A stretch of 64,000 nucleotides of DNA from an uncultured Hyphomicrobiales bacterium (GTDB lineage: Bacteria > Pseudomonadota > Alphaproteobacteria > Rhizobiales > Xanthobacteraceae). This document shows positions 37,483-47,192 of the stretch, piece by piece. Within the stretch, counting starts at the first letter, position 1; every line of letters starts with the position of its first letter. The DNA lies in the NCBI GenBank assembly GCA_964604745.1, contig CAZSAW010000080.1, forward strand, positions 12,245-76,244, read 5' to 3'. A program made the translations under genes and the position numbers. The notes beneath the pieces are model-generated. The model saw only the letters and a list, made by a program, of their open reading frames with translations. It made no database searches and was not told the DNA's origin.

Positions 37483-39459
37483 TCAGACCTTTTCCTCGAT
37501 GATCGTGCGGCCGCGCGGCTTGCGGATCTCGTCCACATAGGCCTGCATCTCCCGCGACGGCTCCTTGCCCAGCAGACTGACGATGATGATCGTCAGGAAG
37601 CCGACCGGCACGCCCAACAGACCGCAGGCGATGTTGTTGAGGTCGAACCAGCCGACCTTGCTCGCCAGCGGATGCGATGCCGCGACCCACGTGCCCAGTG
37701 CATTCGGATCCGCCATGGCTTTCGCCATATCGGCGATGAGCGGAGCGCCGGTTGCCGCGTTGTAGAGCGAGCTCATGCCGAAATACTTCACCCCGTAGCC
37801 CGGGAAGTACCGGGTGCAGACGAGATAGAAGATGCACAGGCCGAAGCCGGCGATCATGCCGGCCACGGCGCCCGCCGCGGTCGTACGTTTCCACCAGATG
37901 CCCATGACGAGGGCCGGGAAGTTTCCGGCCATCGCCAGCGAGAACGCCCAGCCGACCATGGCCAGGATGTCCGCCGGCCTGGTGGACGCGGTGTAGGCGG
38001 CGCCCACGGCGACGACGAGCAACAGGATGCGGGCGACCGTGAGCCGACGTACGGTCGGCGCATTGGGATCGAGCATCTTGTAGTAGACGTCGTGCGAGAG
38101 CGCATTCGCGATCGCGAGCAGGAGTCCGTCGGCCGTGGAAAGCGCGGCGGCGAGACCGCCGGCCGCCACGAGACCCGAGATCACATAGGGCAGACCGGCC
38201 ACCTCCGGCGTGGAGAGCACGATCACGTCCGTGTTGATCACGAAGTCCTGCAGACGAACGACGCCGGGATGACCGGCGATGGTCTTACAGGCATCGACAA
38301 TCGCCTGAACGCTGGCGGCATTCTTGCCGCAGACCTGGATCAGGCCGAGTTCGCCCCAAGTGAACATCCACGGACGGATTTCCGACAGGTTCCGGCCGAT
38401 GATGTTGGTGTACACCTCGAGCTTCGAGAACGCCGCATAGGCCGGCGCCGAGAAGTAGAGCAGGAAGATGAAGAACAGCGACCACGCCACCGACTGACGC
38501 GCTTCACGCACCGTCGGTGTCGTGAAGTAGCGCATCAGGATGTGCGGCAGGGACGCCGTGCCCACCATCATGCAGAACATGATGGCGAAGAAGTTCAGCG
38601 GCGAGTAGTTGATGAACGGCTGGATGTGCGGCTTGAGACTCGCCGCGGTCGCCAGACCGCTCGACAACATCTGCTGCTCGCGCGCCGTGATTTCCGCAAT
38701 CGCCTGGCCATAGGTCAGTTCCGGAATCGGAATGCCGTAGTGCTTGGTCGACAGGATCACGATCGGCGTCAGATAGGCGATGATGAGCACGATGTACTGG
38801 GCGATCTGCGTCCAGGTCACAGCGCGCATACCGCCGAGCATCGAACAGACCAGGATGCCGGCAAGACCGACGAACACGGCGATCTCGAACGGCATGCCGA
38901 GGAATCGCGACGCGATGATGCCCGTGCCGTAGATCTGTGCCGTGACGTAAGTGAACGAGCAGCAGACCAGCACGATCACGGCGATGAAGCGGGCGAAGTT
39001 GCCGCCGAACCGGAACGACATGAAGTCGGGGACGGTGTAGGCGCCGAACTTGCGCAGGTACGGGCCGATCAGGATCGACACCAGCACGAAGCCGCCGGTC
39101 CAGCCGAGCACCCAGGTCAGGCCGTCATAGCCGAGCAGGAAGAGGGTGCCTGCCATGCCGACGAACGACGCCGCCGACATCCAGTCGGCACCCGTCGCCA
39201 TGCCGTTGTAGAAGGCCGGCACGCGGCGCCCGGCAACATAATATTCCGACACCTGCGCGGTGCGGGTCATGATGCCAATGACGGCATACACGGCGAGCGT
39301 GAAGAACACGAACAGATAGCCGAGAATTCTGTTCGGCACGCCGACCTGTTCGAGGATTGCCAGAAACACGATGAAGGCGAGGAACCCGCCCGTATACGTG
39401 CCGTACATGCGGCCGAGATTTTTGATGAAATCCGAACCGCCTGCGGTTTGTGTTGCCAT
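37483..39459 (-). CDS. Sodium:solute symporter, ActP/VC_2705-like (monocarboxylate uptake)
   Basis: 'YYVAGR.VP...NGMATGADWMSAASF', 'GTASLPHILMRYFT', 'AAALSTADGLLL', 'GIWWKR'. Confidence 0.92.
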   Translation of the reverse strand: MATQTAGGSDFIKNLGRMYGTYTGGFLAFIVFLAILEQVGVPNRILGYLFVFFTLAVYAVIGIMTRTAQVSEYYVAGRRVPAFYNGMATGADWMSAASFVGMAGTLFLLGYDGLTWVLGWTGGFVLVSILIGPYLRKFGAYTVPDFMSFRFGGNFARFIAVIVLVCCSFTYVTAQIYGTGIIASRFLGMPFEIAVFVGLAGILVCSMLGGMRAVTWTQIAQYIVLIIAYLTPIVILSTKHYGIPIPELTYGQAIAEITAREQQMLSSGLATAASLKPHIQPFINYSPLNFFAIMFCMMVGTASLPHILMRYFTTPTVREARQSVAWSLFFIFLLYFSAPAYAAFSKLEVYTNIIGRNLSEIRPWMFTWGELGLIQVCGKNAASVQAIVDACKTIAGHPGVVRLQDFVINTDVIVLSTPEVAGLPYVISGLVAAGGLAAALSTADGLLLAIANALSHDVYYKMLDPNAPTVRRLTVARILLLVVAVGAAYTASTRPADILAMVGWAFSLAMAGNFPALVMGIWWKRTTAAGAVAGMIAGFGLCIFYLVCTRYFPGYGVKYFGMSSLYNAATGAPLIADMAKAMADPNALGTWVAASHPLASKVGWFDLNNIACGLLGVPVGFLTIIIVSLLGKEPSREMQAYVDEIRKPRGRTIIEEKV

Positions 39460-39470
39460 GTGCGTCCCCC

Positions 39471-39734
39471 CTATTCGTCTTCAGCGAAGCCGAATTCGCG
39501 GTCGATCGCATCCTGCTGCCGCGCGAACATGAACAGCATGACCACGAACACGATCAGCGAACCTTGCGCGGCCATGTAGAAGCCGAGCGGGAACTTCAAC
39601 ACCGGGATGATGATGGTGTTGAGGGGCTTGACGAACATGTGGATGACGTAGCCGAAGAAGAACCAGATCCCGAGATGCGTGAGCATCAACCTGGTCGTCT
39701 TCTGCCAGTGAGCCTCTTCCTTGGTTTGAGACAT
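39471..39734 (-). CDS. DUF4212 small membrane partner of SSS symporter
   Basis: 'HWQKT', 2 TM, 'GFPLGFYMAAQGS'-like motif; directly upstream of the symporter. Confidence 0.88.
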   Translation of the reverse strand: MSQTKEEAHWQKTTRLMLTHLGIWFFFGYVIHMFVKPLNTIIIPVLKFPLGFYMAAQGSLIVFVVMLFMFARQQDAIDREFGFAEDE

Positions 39735-40018
39735 ATCTGCTTCCCCAAGCGCTTTACGTCCGCCTCAATTGCGGACCAAGGTTGAACGGTTGGGGACGTG
39801 CCGACCTTCTGGCGCGGCATCCCCCCAGTGCCGCCACCCCGCCGGTTCTTGCGACCGTGTCGGGGCTAATGGAAAAGGCTAACATTCCGGCAAGGCGGGC
39901 CCGTATAAGACTTTCGGCCAAGAAGGGTGGATTCCACATTGAAAAATCAAGGTTTTTCGGTCTCAAAATCTCGCAACTGCGAGATACCCACCGGCAAGTC
40001 CACGCGCGAGCGCAGGTA

Positions 40019-40648
40019 ATGGGACTGTTCGACACGCTCTTTCGCCGGCCGCAGCCGATTCGGGACCTGACCCAGCTCGCCAATTTCATCGACGAGCAGG
40101 CGGCATTTCTTGTGCAAAAAGGCATCTACGAATATTCGCGCGCGCGGGCGGGCCATTACGCGAAGGTGCTGTTCGCCGAGGAGAGCTTTCAGGCCTCAGT
40201 GGAACAGTCGCGCTGGCGCGCCTTTCCGCTCGGCCTCGCCATGGTCGGCGAAGTGGTCGAAGGCGCACTGCGCCCGCACGTAGCAAATGACCGGCGGGCG
40301 GTGCTCGATGAATTGATCGACCTCGTGCTTGGCATCTTCGATCGCTATCCCGTGCCGCCGTCGGTCGGAAAGGATCCCTGGCTTGACGCACGCAGCGATC
40401 TTGCCGGCCGGCTCGATCGCGTCGGCACACATGCGGTAAAACGCGTCATGGACGTGCCCGGCCCGCTGGCGGATCAGTATTTCGCCATGATGCCGATCCA
40501 TGAAAAGCTGCGCGCGCCCGATCGTCCGACCTTGCACAATTCCCTGCGGGTGACGCTTTGCAATATCCATGACGAATTGATCAAGCGCATGGACGCCGTT
40601 GCGCTCGTCGCCCAATTGCGCGGAAGCGGGACTGCCGCTCCCGCCTGA
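40019..40648 (+). CDS. Conserved hypothetical protein
   Basis: Internal ATG (MGLFDTLF...); 'FIDEQAAFLVQKGIYEYSRARAG'; co-oriented 24 nt before the next gene. Confidence 0.7.
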   Translation: MGLFDTLFRRPQPIRDLTQLANFIDEQAAFLVQKGIYEYSRARAGHYAKVLFAEESFQASVEQSRWRAFPLGLAMVGEVVEGALRPHVANDRRAVLDELIDLVLGIFDRYPVPPSVGKDPWLDARSDLAGRLDRVGTHAVKRVMDVPGPLADQYFAMMPIHEKLRAPDRPTLHNSLRVTLCNIHDELIKRMDAVALVAQLRGSGTAAPA

Positions 40649-40672
40649 GGAGACGCTCGGGGGCTTTCGACC

Positions 40673-42805
40673 ATGACCGCGGTGACGAACGCCGTGCCGC
40701 TGATCGCGCTCGACGCGGTGGTGATGGACACCGAGACAACCGGTCTCGATCCGCGCAACGCGAGAATCGTCGACATCGCCGCCATTCGTCTCGAAGGAGG
40801 ACGGATCGGTCAGGCGCAATTTCACAGCCGCGTCCGTCCCGGCGTGCCGATTCCGAAAAGCGCGGCGGAGATTCACGGCATCGACGATGCGATGGTCGCC
40901 GGCGCGCAGTCATTCGCGCAGGTCTGGCCCGCCTTTTCCGATTTCGTCGGCAGCCACGTGATCATTGGCCACACGCTCGGCTTCGATCTTGCGGTGCTGA
41001 AGACGGAATGCGAGCGGGCAGGCCAGACATTCGCGCCGCGCCGCACGCTCGATACGCGGCTGCTGGCGCAGGTCGCGTCACCCGATCTTGCGAGCTACAC
41101 GATCGAAAGCCTTTGCGTCTGGCTCGGCGTCGAGGTGGCCGGACGTCATTCCGCGCTCGGCGATGCAATGACGACCGCGCGCATCTTTCACGCGCTCGTG
41201 CCCAAGCTGCGCGACGGCGGTATCCGCACGCTCGCCGAGGCGATTGCCGCCTGCCGCGCGCTCACTGACGTACTCGATCAGCAGCATCGCGCCGGATGGG
41301 TCGAAGCGCTGGAGGCGCCGAGCCGCGCGGATACCGAACGCACCTTGCGCCGCTTCGATCCTTATCCTTATCGGCACCGCGTGCGCGACCTCATGCGCGT
41401 GCCGGCGCAATTCGTGTCCGCCAACTGCAGTCTGCGTGAGGCGCTGGCGCGCCTGATGCGCGAGCGCGTGTCGTCGCTGTTCGTGCGGCCATCCGACCGC
41501 GACGCGACGGACCTGCAGGCCGGCGACACCGGTATCGTCACCGAACGCGACATCCTGCGCGGTCTTGCCGAGCAGGGCGAGGCGGCGCTCGAGAAGCCGG
41601 TTTCGCACTTCATGTCGACGCCGCTTGCGGCCGTTCCGGCGGAGGCCTTCATCTATCGCGCCATCGGGCGCATGAGCCGGCTGAAGACGCGCCATCTCGG
41701 CGTCGTCGACGATGCGGGCCGTGTGATCGGCGCGCTGTCGGCGCGCGATCTCCTGCGCCTGCGCGCGGCTGAAGCGATCATGCTCGGGGACGAAATCGAT
41801 CAGGCCATGGATGTGCACGCCCTCGGCGCGGCGTGGTCGCGGTTGCCGCAGGTGGCGGCTGCCTTGCTGAGTGAAGGCATTTCCGCGCGAAACGTCGCCG
41901 CGGTGATCTCGCGCGAACTGGGTGCGCTCACGCATCAGGCGGCGGTGATCGCGGAGCAACGCATGGCCGGCGAGGGGCGAGGCGGGCCGCCCTGTCCCTA
42001 CGCCGTTTGCGTTCTGGGATCGGCGGGGCGAGGCGAGAGCCTTCTCGCGATGGATCAGGACAATGCCATCGTCTTTGCTGAAGGGCCGCCCGACGGCGTC
42101 AACGATCGGTGGTTTGCCGCGCTCGGGACGTATCTGGCCGACGCTTTGCACGAGGCGGGCGTGCCCTATTGCACCGGCGGCGTGATGGCGAAAAATCCGC
42201 AATGGCGCGGATCGATCGAGACCTGGAACGAGCGCGTCGACGGCTGGATCGAACGCTCGCAGCCGCAGGATCTTCTCTCCGTTGACATCTTCTTCGATCT
42301 GCGCGGTGTGCACGGCGACATGCGCCTGAGCGACACGCTCTGGCGGCGCGGCTTCGATCGCGCCAAGGGCGAGGTCGGCTTCGTGAAATTGCTGGCAGAG
42401 GCAGCCGGCGAATTCGACAGCGGACTCGGCTGGTTCGGGCGCGTGAAAAGCGAGAATGGCCGGGTCGATCTGAAGCGCCACGGCCTGTTCGGCATCGTCA
42501 CGATCGCGCGGCTGCTCGCCATCCGCTATCACGCCGTCGAACGCGCGACCCCCGCGCGCCTCGCCGCCATTCGCACACTCGGCATCGGTGCGCGGACCGA
42601 TCTCGAAGCCCTTGATGCGGCGCGGGACATTTGCCTCGATCTCATTCTGGCGCAGCAGATCGACGACATGGATCAAGGCCGGCCGCCGAGCAACAAGGTC
42701 GCGCTCAAGCGGCTCGATGCGCGCGACCGCGCGCGCCTGCAGACGGCGCTCGAGGCGGTCGGCCCCCTCAACGAGCTGGCGCGCGATCTTCTGTTCAGCG
42801 GCTGA
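40673..42805 (+). CDS. DEDDh exonuclease - CBS - DUF294 nucleotidyltransferase fusion
   Basis: 'DTETTG', 'HTLGFD', 'HSALGDA' (DEDDh); CBS pair; 'GSAGRGE..LAMDQDN' (NTase); DUF294_C 'DLKRHGLFGIV'. Confidence 0.88.
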   Translation: MTAVTNAVPLIALDAVVMDTETTGLDPRNARIVDIAAIRLEGGRIGQAQFHSRVRPGVPIPKSAAEIHGIDDAMVAGAQSFAQVWPAFSDFVGSHVIIGHTLGFDLAVLKTECERAGQTFAPRRTLDTRLLAQVASPDLASYTIESLCVWLGVEVAGRHSALGDAMTTARIFHALVPKLRDGGIRTLAEAIAACRALTDVLDQQHRAGWVEALEAPSRADTERTLRRFDPYPYRHRVRDLMRVPAQFVSANCSLREALARLMRERVSSLFVRPSDRDATDLQAGDTGIVTERDILRGLAEQGEAALEKPVSHFMSTPLAAVPAEAFIYRAIGRMSRLKTRHLGVVDDAGRVIGALSARDLLRLRAAEAIMLGDEIDQAMDVHALGAAWSRLPQVAAALLSEGISARNVAAVISRELGALTHQAAVIAEQRMAGEGRGGPPCPYAVCVLGSAGRGESLLAMDQDNAIVFAEGPPDGVNDRWFAALGTYLADALHEAGVPYCTGGVMAKNPQWRGSIETWNERVDGWIERSQPQDLLSVDIFFDLRGVHGDMRLSDTLWRRGFDRAKGEVGFVKLLAEAAGEFDSGLGWFGRVKSENGRVDLKRHGLFGIVTIARLLAIRYHAVERATPARLAAIRTLGIGARTDLEALDAARDICLDLILAQQIDDMDQGRPPSNKVALKRLDARDRARLQTALEAVGPLNELARDLLFSG

Positions 42806-42811
42806 TCGCGT

Positions 42812-43984
42812 TCAGGCTTCGCCGATCTCGCGCAGGATCGCCTGCGTGTGCTCGCCGAGATCGGGTGAGGGTGTCGGCGCCGCCTGCGGCTGGCCAACGA
42901 TCACGAAGGGCGAGCGCACGCCGGGAATGGCGCCCCCCTTGGCGAGAGCGCTTGCCGGATCGATCCGCATGCCGCGCGCAACTACCTGCGGATCGGCAAA
43001 CACTTCGGCGAGGTCGTTGATCGGTCCGGCCGGCACGCCGATTTTTTCGAGCTGTGCGAGCAAATCGGTGCGCGTGCGCAGCACCGTCAATTCGCTCAGC
43101 GCTGGAATGAGCGTTGCGCGATTGACGACGCGATCGCCGTTCGTGCGATAGCGCGCATCCGTCGCGAGGTGCGGCACGCCGAGCAGGTCGCAGAATTTCA
43201 CGAATTGTCCGTCATTGCCGACGGCGATGATGAGATGACCGTCGGAGGCGGGAAAGACCTGATAGGGCACGACGGTCGCATGCGCGTTGCCCAGCCGCGG
43301 CGGTACGTGGCCGGAGACAAGATAAAAGAGAGCCTGATTGGCGAGCACGCTGACCTGCGTATCGAGCAGCGCCATGTCGATATGGCAGCCGCGGCCGGTT
43401 TTTTCGCGCTGCGCCAGCGCCGCGAGGATCGCAACGGCGGAATAGACGCCGGTGAAGACGTCAGCGAAAGCGACGCCCATGCGCATCGGCTCGCCACCCG
43501 CTTCGCCGGTGAGGCTCATGATGCCGCCCATGCCCTGAATGATGAGATCGTAGCCGGCGCGATGCGAATAAGGCCCGCTCTGGCCAAAGCCAGTGATCGA
43601 GCAGTAAATGAGTTGCGGATTGACCGCCGACAACGCCTCGTAATCGAGCCCGAATTTCGCAAGTCCGCCGACCTTGAAATTCTCGATCAGGATGTCGGAG
43701 CGCTGCGCCAGCTTGGTGACGATGCGGCGACCCTTCTCGCTCTCGAAATCGAGCGCGATCGAGCGCTTGCCGCGGTTGGTCGAATGATAATAGGCGCCGC
43801 CGAGATGGCCGCCCGCGGCTGCCTCGACGAAGGGCGGTCCCCAGGCGCGCGTATCGTCACCGTTGCCGGTGCGCTCGACCTTGATCACCTCGGCGCCGAG
43901 ATCGGCGAGGATTTGTCCGGCCCACGGTCCGGCCAGGACGCGCGCGAGTTCGAGAACGCGAAATCCGGACAGCGGTCCAGCCAT
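42812..43984 (-). CDS. Class III CoA-transferase (CaiB/BaiF)
   Basis: 'LSGFRVLELARVLAGPWAGQILADLGAEVIKVE', 'NRGKRS', 'ENFKVG', 'SITGFGQSGP', catalytic Asp in 'AFADVFTG'. Confidence 0.95.
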   Translation of the reverse strand: MAGPLSGFRVLELARVLAGPWAGQILADLGAEVIKVERTGNGDDTRAWGPPFVEAAAGGHLGGAYYHSTNRGKRSIALDFESEKGRRIVTKLAQRSDILIENFKVGGLAKFGLDYEALSAVNPQLIYCSITGFGQSGPYSHRAGYDLIIQGMGGIMSLTGEAGGEPMRMGVAFADVFTGVYSAVAILAALAQREKTGRGCHIDMALLDTQVSVLANQALFYLVSGHVPPRLGNAHATVVPYQVFPASDGHLIIAVGNDGQFVKFCDLLGVPHLATDARYRTNGDRVVNRATLIPALSELTVLRTRTDLLAQLEKIGVPAGPINDLAEVFADPQVVARGMRIDPASALAKGGAIPGVRSPFVIVGQPQAAPTPSPDLGEHTQAILREIGEA

Positions 43985-44191
43985 GGGTTTGCACTCCGAG
44001 GGCGAGGCGGAAGGAAGGCGGCCTCTGTGGCGCGGGATGCCGACTTTGTCCAGCGCTTCTATCGCGGCGCACAAAAGTGCCGACTAAAGACGCATCGAGC
44101 GGCGGCTTATCTTTTTGACATTCCTTGAAAGGTGCCGTTTCATCGCCGCCGAAATGCAGGTCTACAAAATAACAAATACGGAGGAACGCTC

Positions 44192-45187
44192 ATGTCCAGA
44201 CTGACGACGATTCTGGCCACCACGGCCGCAATCATTGCCTTCACGGCCGGCGCGCAGGCGCAAACCGTGCTCAAGGCGTCGCACCAGTTTCCGGGCGGCA
44301 AGGGCGACGTGCGCGACGACATGGTGCAGATGGTCGCGAAAGAGGCGAAGGACGCCAATGTCGGTCTGGAAATTCAGGTCTATCCGGGCGCATCGCTGTT
44401 CAAGCCGAACGATCAATGGAACGCCACCGCCAATGGCCAGCTCGATATCACCCTTTTCCCGCTCGACTATGCGAGCGGCAAGGCTCCGGTCTTCAGCGCC
44501 ACGCTGATGCCCGGCCTGATCCGCAATCAGGAACGCGCCAAGCGTATCAATAATTCGCAATTCATGAAGGACATCCGCGCCGAAATCGAGAAGCGCGGCG
44601 TCATCGTTCTGTCCGACGCCTGGTTCGCCGGCGGCGTCGCCTCGAAGGACGGCTGCATCGTGAAGCCGGATGACATGAAGGGCCGCAAATTCCGCGCAGC
44701 GGGTCCGACCTTCGCCGGCATGTGGGAAGCGGCGGGTGCGAGCATCGTCAGCCCGCCCTCGAACGAAATCTACAACGCCTTCCAGACCGGCGTCGTCAAC
44801 GGAACCGACACGAGTTTGTCGACCTTCGCCTCGATGCGTCTCTATGAAGTGGCGGACTGCCTGACCGCGCCCGGCGAGAACGCCCTGTGGTTCATGTATC
44901 AGCCGATGCTGATGTCGAAGAAGAGTTTCGACAAGCTCAACAAGCAGCAGCAGGACGTGATCATCGCCGCCGGCAAGAAGGCGCAGGCCTATTTCGAGAG
45001 CAAGGCCGACACGATCAACAAGGAAGCCATCAAGGCTTTCGAGGATCACAAGGCCAAGGTCGTGACGCTGACCGAGGCTGACTACAATGCGTGGGTCGAC
45101 GTGGCGAAGAAAAGCTCCTACGCGGAATTCGCCAAGGCGGTGCCGAACGGCCAGAAACTGATCGACGAAGCACTAGCGGTGAAATAA
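44192..45187 (+). CDS. dctP: TRAP substrate-binding protein, probable malonate (MatP-like)
   Basis: GGAGG RBS, signal peptide, 'ASHQFPG', 'KFRAAG', 'EIYNAFQTGV'; in an operon with matA/matB. Confidence 0.9.
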   Translation: MSRLTTILATTAAIIAFTAGAQAQTVLKASHQFPGGKGDVRDDMVQMVAKEAKDANVGLEIQVYPGASLFKPNDQWNATANGQLDITLFPLDYASGKAPVFSATLMPGLIRNQERAKRINNSQFMKDIRAEIEKRGVIVLSDAWFAGGVASKDGCIVKPDDMKGRKFRAAGPTFAGMWEAAGASIVSPPSNEIYNAFQTGVVNGTDTSLSTFASMRLYEVADCLTAPGENALWFMYQPMLMSKKSFDKLNKQQQDVIIAAGKKAQAYFESKADTINKEAIKAFEDHKAKVVTLTEADYNAWVDVAKKSSYAEFAKAVPNGQKLIDEALAVK

Positions 45188-45200
45188 CCGCGTTGCGTTG

Positions 45201-45229
45201 AACGGCCGGCGGTTTCGCCGGCCGTTTTT
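45201..45229 (+). other. Stem-loop between dctP and dctQ (partial terminator or stabiliser)
   Basis: AACGGCCGGCG-gttt-CGCCGGCCGTT followed by TTT. Confidence 0.7.
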
Positions 45230-45237
45230 CATGGGGC

Positions 45238-45840
45238 ATGATGCGACATCGTCGACCGATTGCGGATTCATTTATGGACAGCTTGATCAGGGTCGTGACC
45301 TTCGTGTCGCGCGTCGCCGGCGTGACCGCTGCACTTCTCATCGCGCTCGCGGTGCTGATCATCTGCGACATGGTGATCGAGCGCTACGTGCTCAACCTGA
45401 CGACGATCTGGCAGATCGATGCGGTGACGTATTGCATCGTCGGCGCGACTTTCATCGGCAGCCCGTACGTCCTGATGACGCGCGGGCACGTGAATGTCGA
45501 TATCTTTCCGCTTCACGTCGGGCCGACCACGCGCTTCTGGCTCGCTCTGTTCACGAGCCTGCTTGCGTTCGCGTTCTGTGTGGTGCTGTTCATCCTTTGC
45601 AGCGCCTATTGGTACGAGGCCTATTCCGAGCGTTGGCTCTCCAACACCGTGTGGCGGGCGCGGCTCTGGATTCCCTACCTGTCAATGCCAATCGGCCTTG
45701 GTCTGCTCATCGTGCAATATGTCGTCGAGATCTTGTGCCTCGTCACCGGCCGTACCCCGCCGTTCGGTATCAAGCCGAAGCAGGATGCCGAGGACGTCGC
45801 CCGCGAGCAGGCGCGTGAAGCGCTCGGAGACGTCTCATGA
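45238..45840 (+). CDS. dctQ: TRAP small permease (DctQ)
   Basis: 4 TM; 'WQIDAV', 'GHVNVD', 'WIPYLSMPIG'; start could be 45274. Confidence 0.88.
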   Translation: MMRHRRPIADSFMDSLIRVVTFVSRVAGVTAALLIALAVLIICDMVIERYVLNLTTIWQIDAVTYCIVGATFIGSPYVLMTRGHVNVDIFPLHVGPTTRFWLALFTSLLAFAFCVVLFILCSAYWYEAYSERWLSNTVWRARLWIPYLSMPIGLGLLIVQYVVEILCLVTGRTPPFGIKPKQDAEDVAREQAREALGDVS

Positions 45841-47153
45841 GTCCGACCGCGCAAGGTTCCGTCGTTCTTGTCGTCACGCTGCTGATGCTCGTGTCGGGCA
45901 TTCCGGTTGCGTTCGGGCTCGGCGCGATCGCGATCATCTTCCTTCTCGTGTTTCAGGGCTTCGACAGCATGCATGTCGTTGCCGAGACGCTCTGGTCCGG
46001 TCTCGACGAATTCACGCTCGTCGCCATTCCGATGTTCGTCATGATGGGCGCAGCGATCGGCTCTTCGCCGGCGGGCAAGGACCTTTATGAGGCGCTCGAC
46101 CGCTGGCTCTATCGACTGCCCGGCGGCCTCGTCATTTCGAATATCGGCGCCTGCGCGATTTTTGCCGCGCTGACGGGCTCGTCGCCCGCCTGCTGCGCCG
46201 CCATCGGCAAGATGGGCATCCCCGAGATGCGCCGGCGCGGCTATCCGGACGACGTCGCGACGGGCTCGATCTGCGCCGGCGGCACGCTCGGCATTCTCAT
46301 TCCGCCCTCGATCACATTCATTCTCTACGGCATTGCGACCGAAACCTCGATCGGCCGGCTGTTCATTGCCGGCGTGATGCCCGGCCTGATGCTGACCGCG
46401 ATGTTCATGGCCTGGACGGTGTTTGCGATCTGGCGCAAGGGCTTCCGCTCACACGCGGCGGATTTCCGCTACAGCTGGAAAGAGAAATTCACGTCCATTC
46501 CGAAGATCGCGCCGTTTCTCGCCATCGTCGTCGGCGTGATGTACGCGCTCTATGGCGGCGTCGCGACGCCGTCGGAAGCCGCGGGCGTCGGCGCGGCCTT
46601 GTGTCTGATCCTTGCAATCCTGATCTACCGGCTGTGGAAGCCCGGTCAGATCTGGCACATCCTGCGCGACACGATGCGCGAGTCGGTGATGATCCTGACG
46701 ATCATCGCCGCAGCGGTGCTCTTCGGCTACATGCTGACGTCGCTCTACCTGACGCAGACGCTGGCGCAGGCGATCGCCGACATGCACGCCAACAAATGGA
46801 TGTTGATGTTCCTCATCAACATCTTCCTGCTGGTGTGTGGCTTCTTCATTCCGCCGGCGGCGATCATCCTGATGACGGCGCCGATTCTCTATCCCATCGT
46901 CACGACCGCCGGGTTCGACCCAGTCTGGTTCGGCGTGATCATCACCATCAATATGGAGATCGGGCTGATCCACCCGCCGGTTGGGCTCAATATCTATATC
47001 GTCAACGCGATCGCGCCTGACGTTCCGCTTGCCAAGGTCATGTGGGGAACGCTGCCCTACGTGATCTGCATGATGCTCGCGATTGTGATCTTGTGCATTT
47101 TCCCGGAAATCGCCACATGGTTGCCGAACTATCTGATGGGACCCGGCAAATAG
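45837..47153 (+). CDS. dctM: TRAP large permease (DctM)
   Basis: 'GTLGILIPPS', 'ATPSEAAG', 'GLIHPPVG'. Confidence 0.93.
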   Translation: MSPTAQGSVVLVVTLLMLVSGIPVAFGLGAIAIIFLLVFQGFDSMHVVAETLWSGLDEFTLVAIPMFVMMGAAIGSSPAGKDLYEALDRWLYRLPGGLVISNIGACAIFAALTGSSPACCAAIGKMGIPEMRRRGYPDDVATGSICAGGTLGILIPPSITFILYGIATETSIGRLFIAGVMPGLMLTAMFMAWTVFAIWRKGFRSHAADFRYSWKEKFTSIPKIAPFLAIVVGVMYALYGGVATPSEAAGVGAALCLILAILIYRLWKPGQIWHILRDTMRESVMILTIIAAAVLFGYMLTSLYLTQTLAQAIADMHANKWMLMFLINIFLLVCGFFIPPAAIILMTAPILYPIVTTAGFDPVWFGVIITINMEIGLIHPPVGLNIYIVNAIAPDVPLAKVMWGTLPYVICMMLAIVILCIFPEIATWLPNYLMGPGK

Positions 47154-47192
47154 GCAGGCGCCGGTGCACCCGTTGAGGGCCTGGGCATCGGG

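Noticed and set aside
37465-39579. 704-aa plus-strand ORF
   Set aside because: Antisense shadow of the SSS symporter.
39939-39958. TTGA-N4-TCAA and GAAAAA-N6-TTTTTC as an FNR/FixK box
   Set aside because: Spacing is 2 nt short of TTGA-N6-TCAA. It may be another operator but is unsupported.
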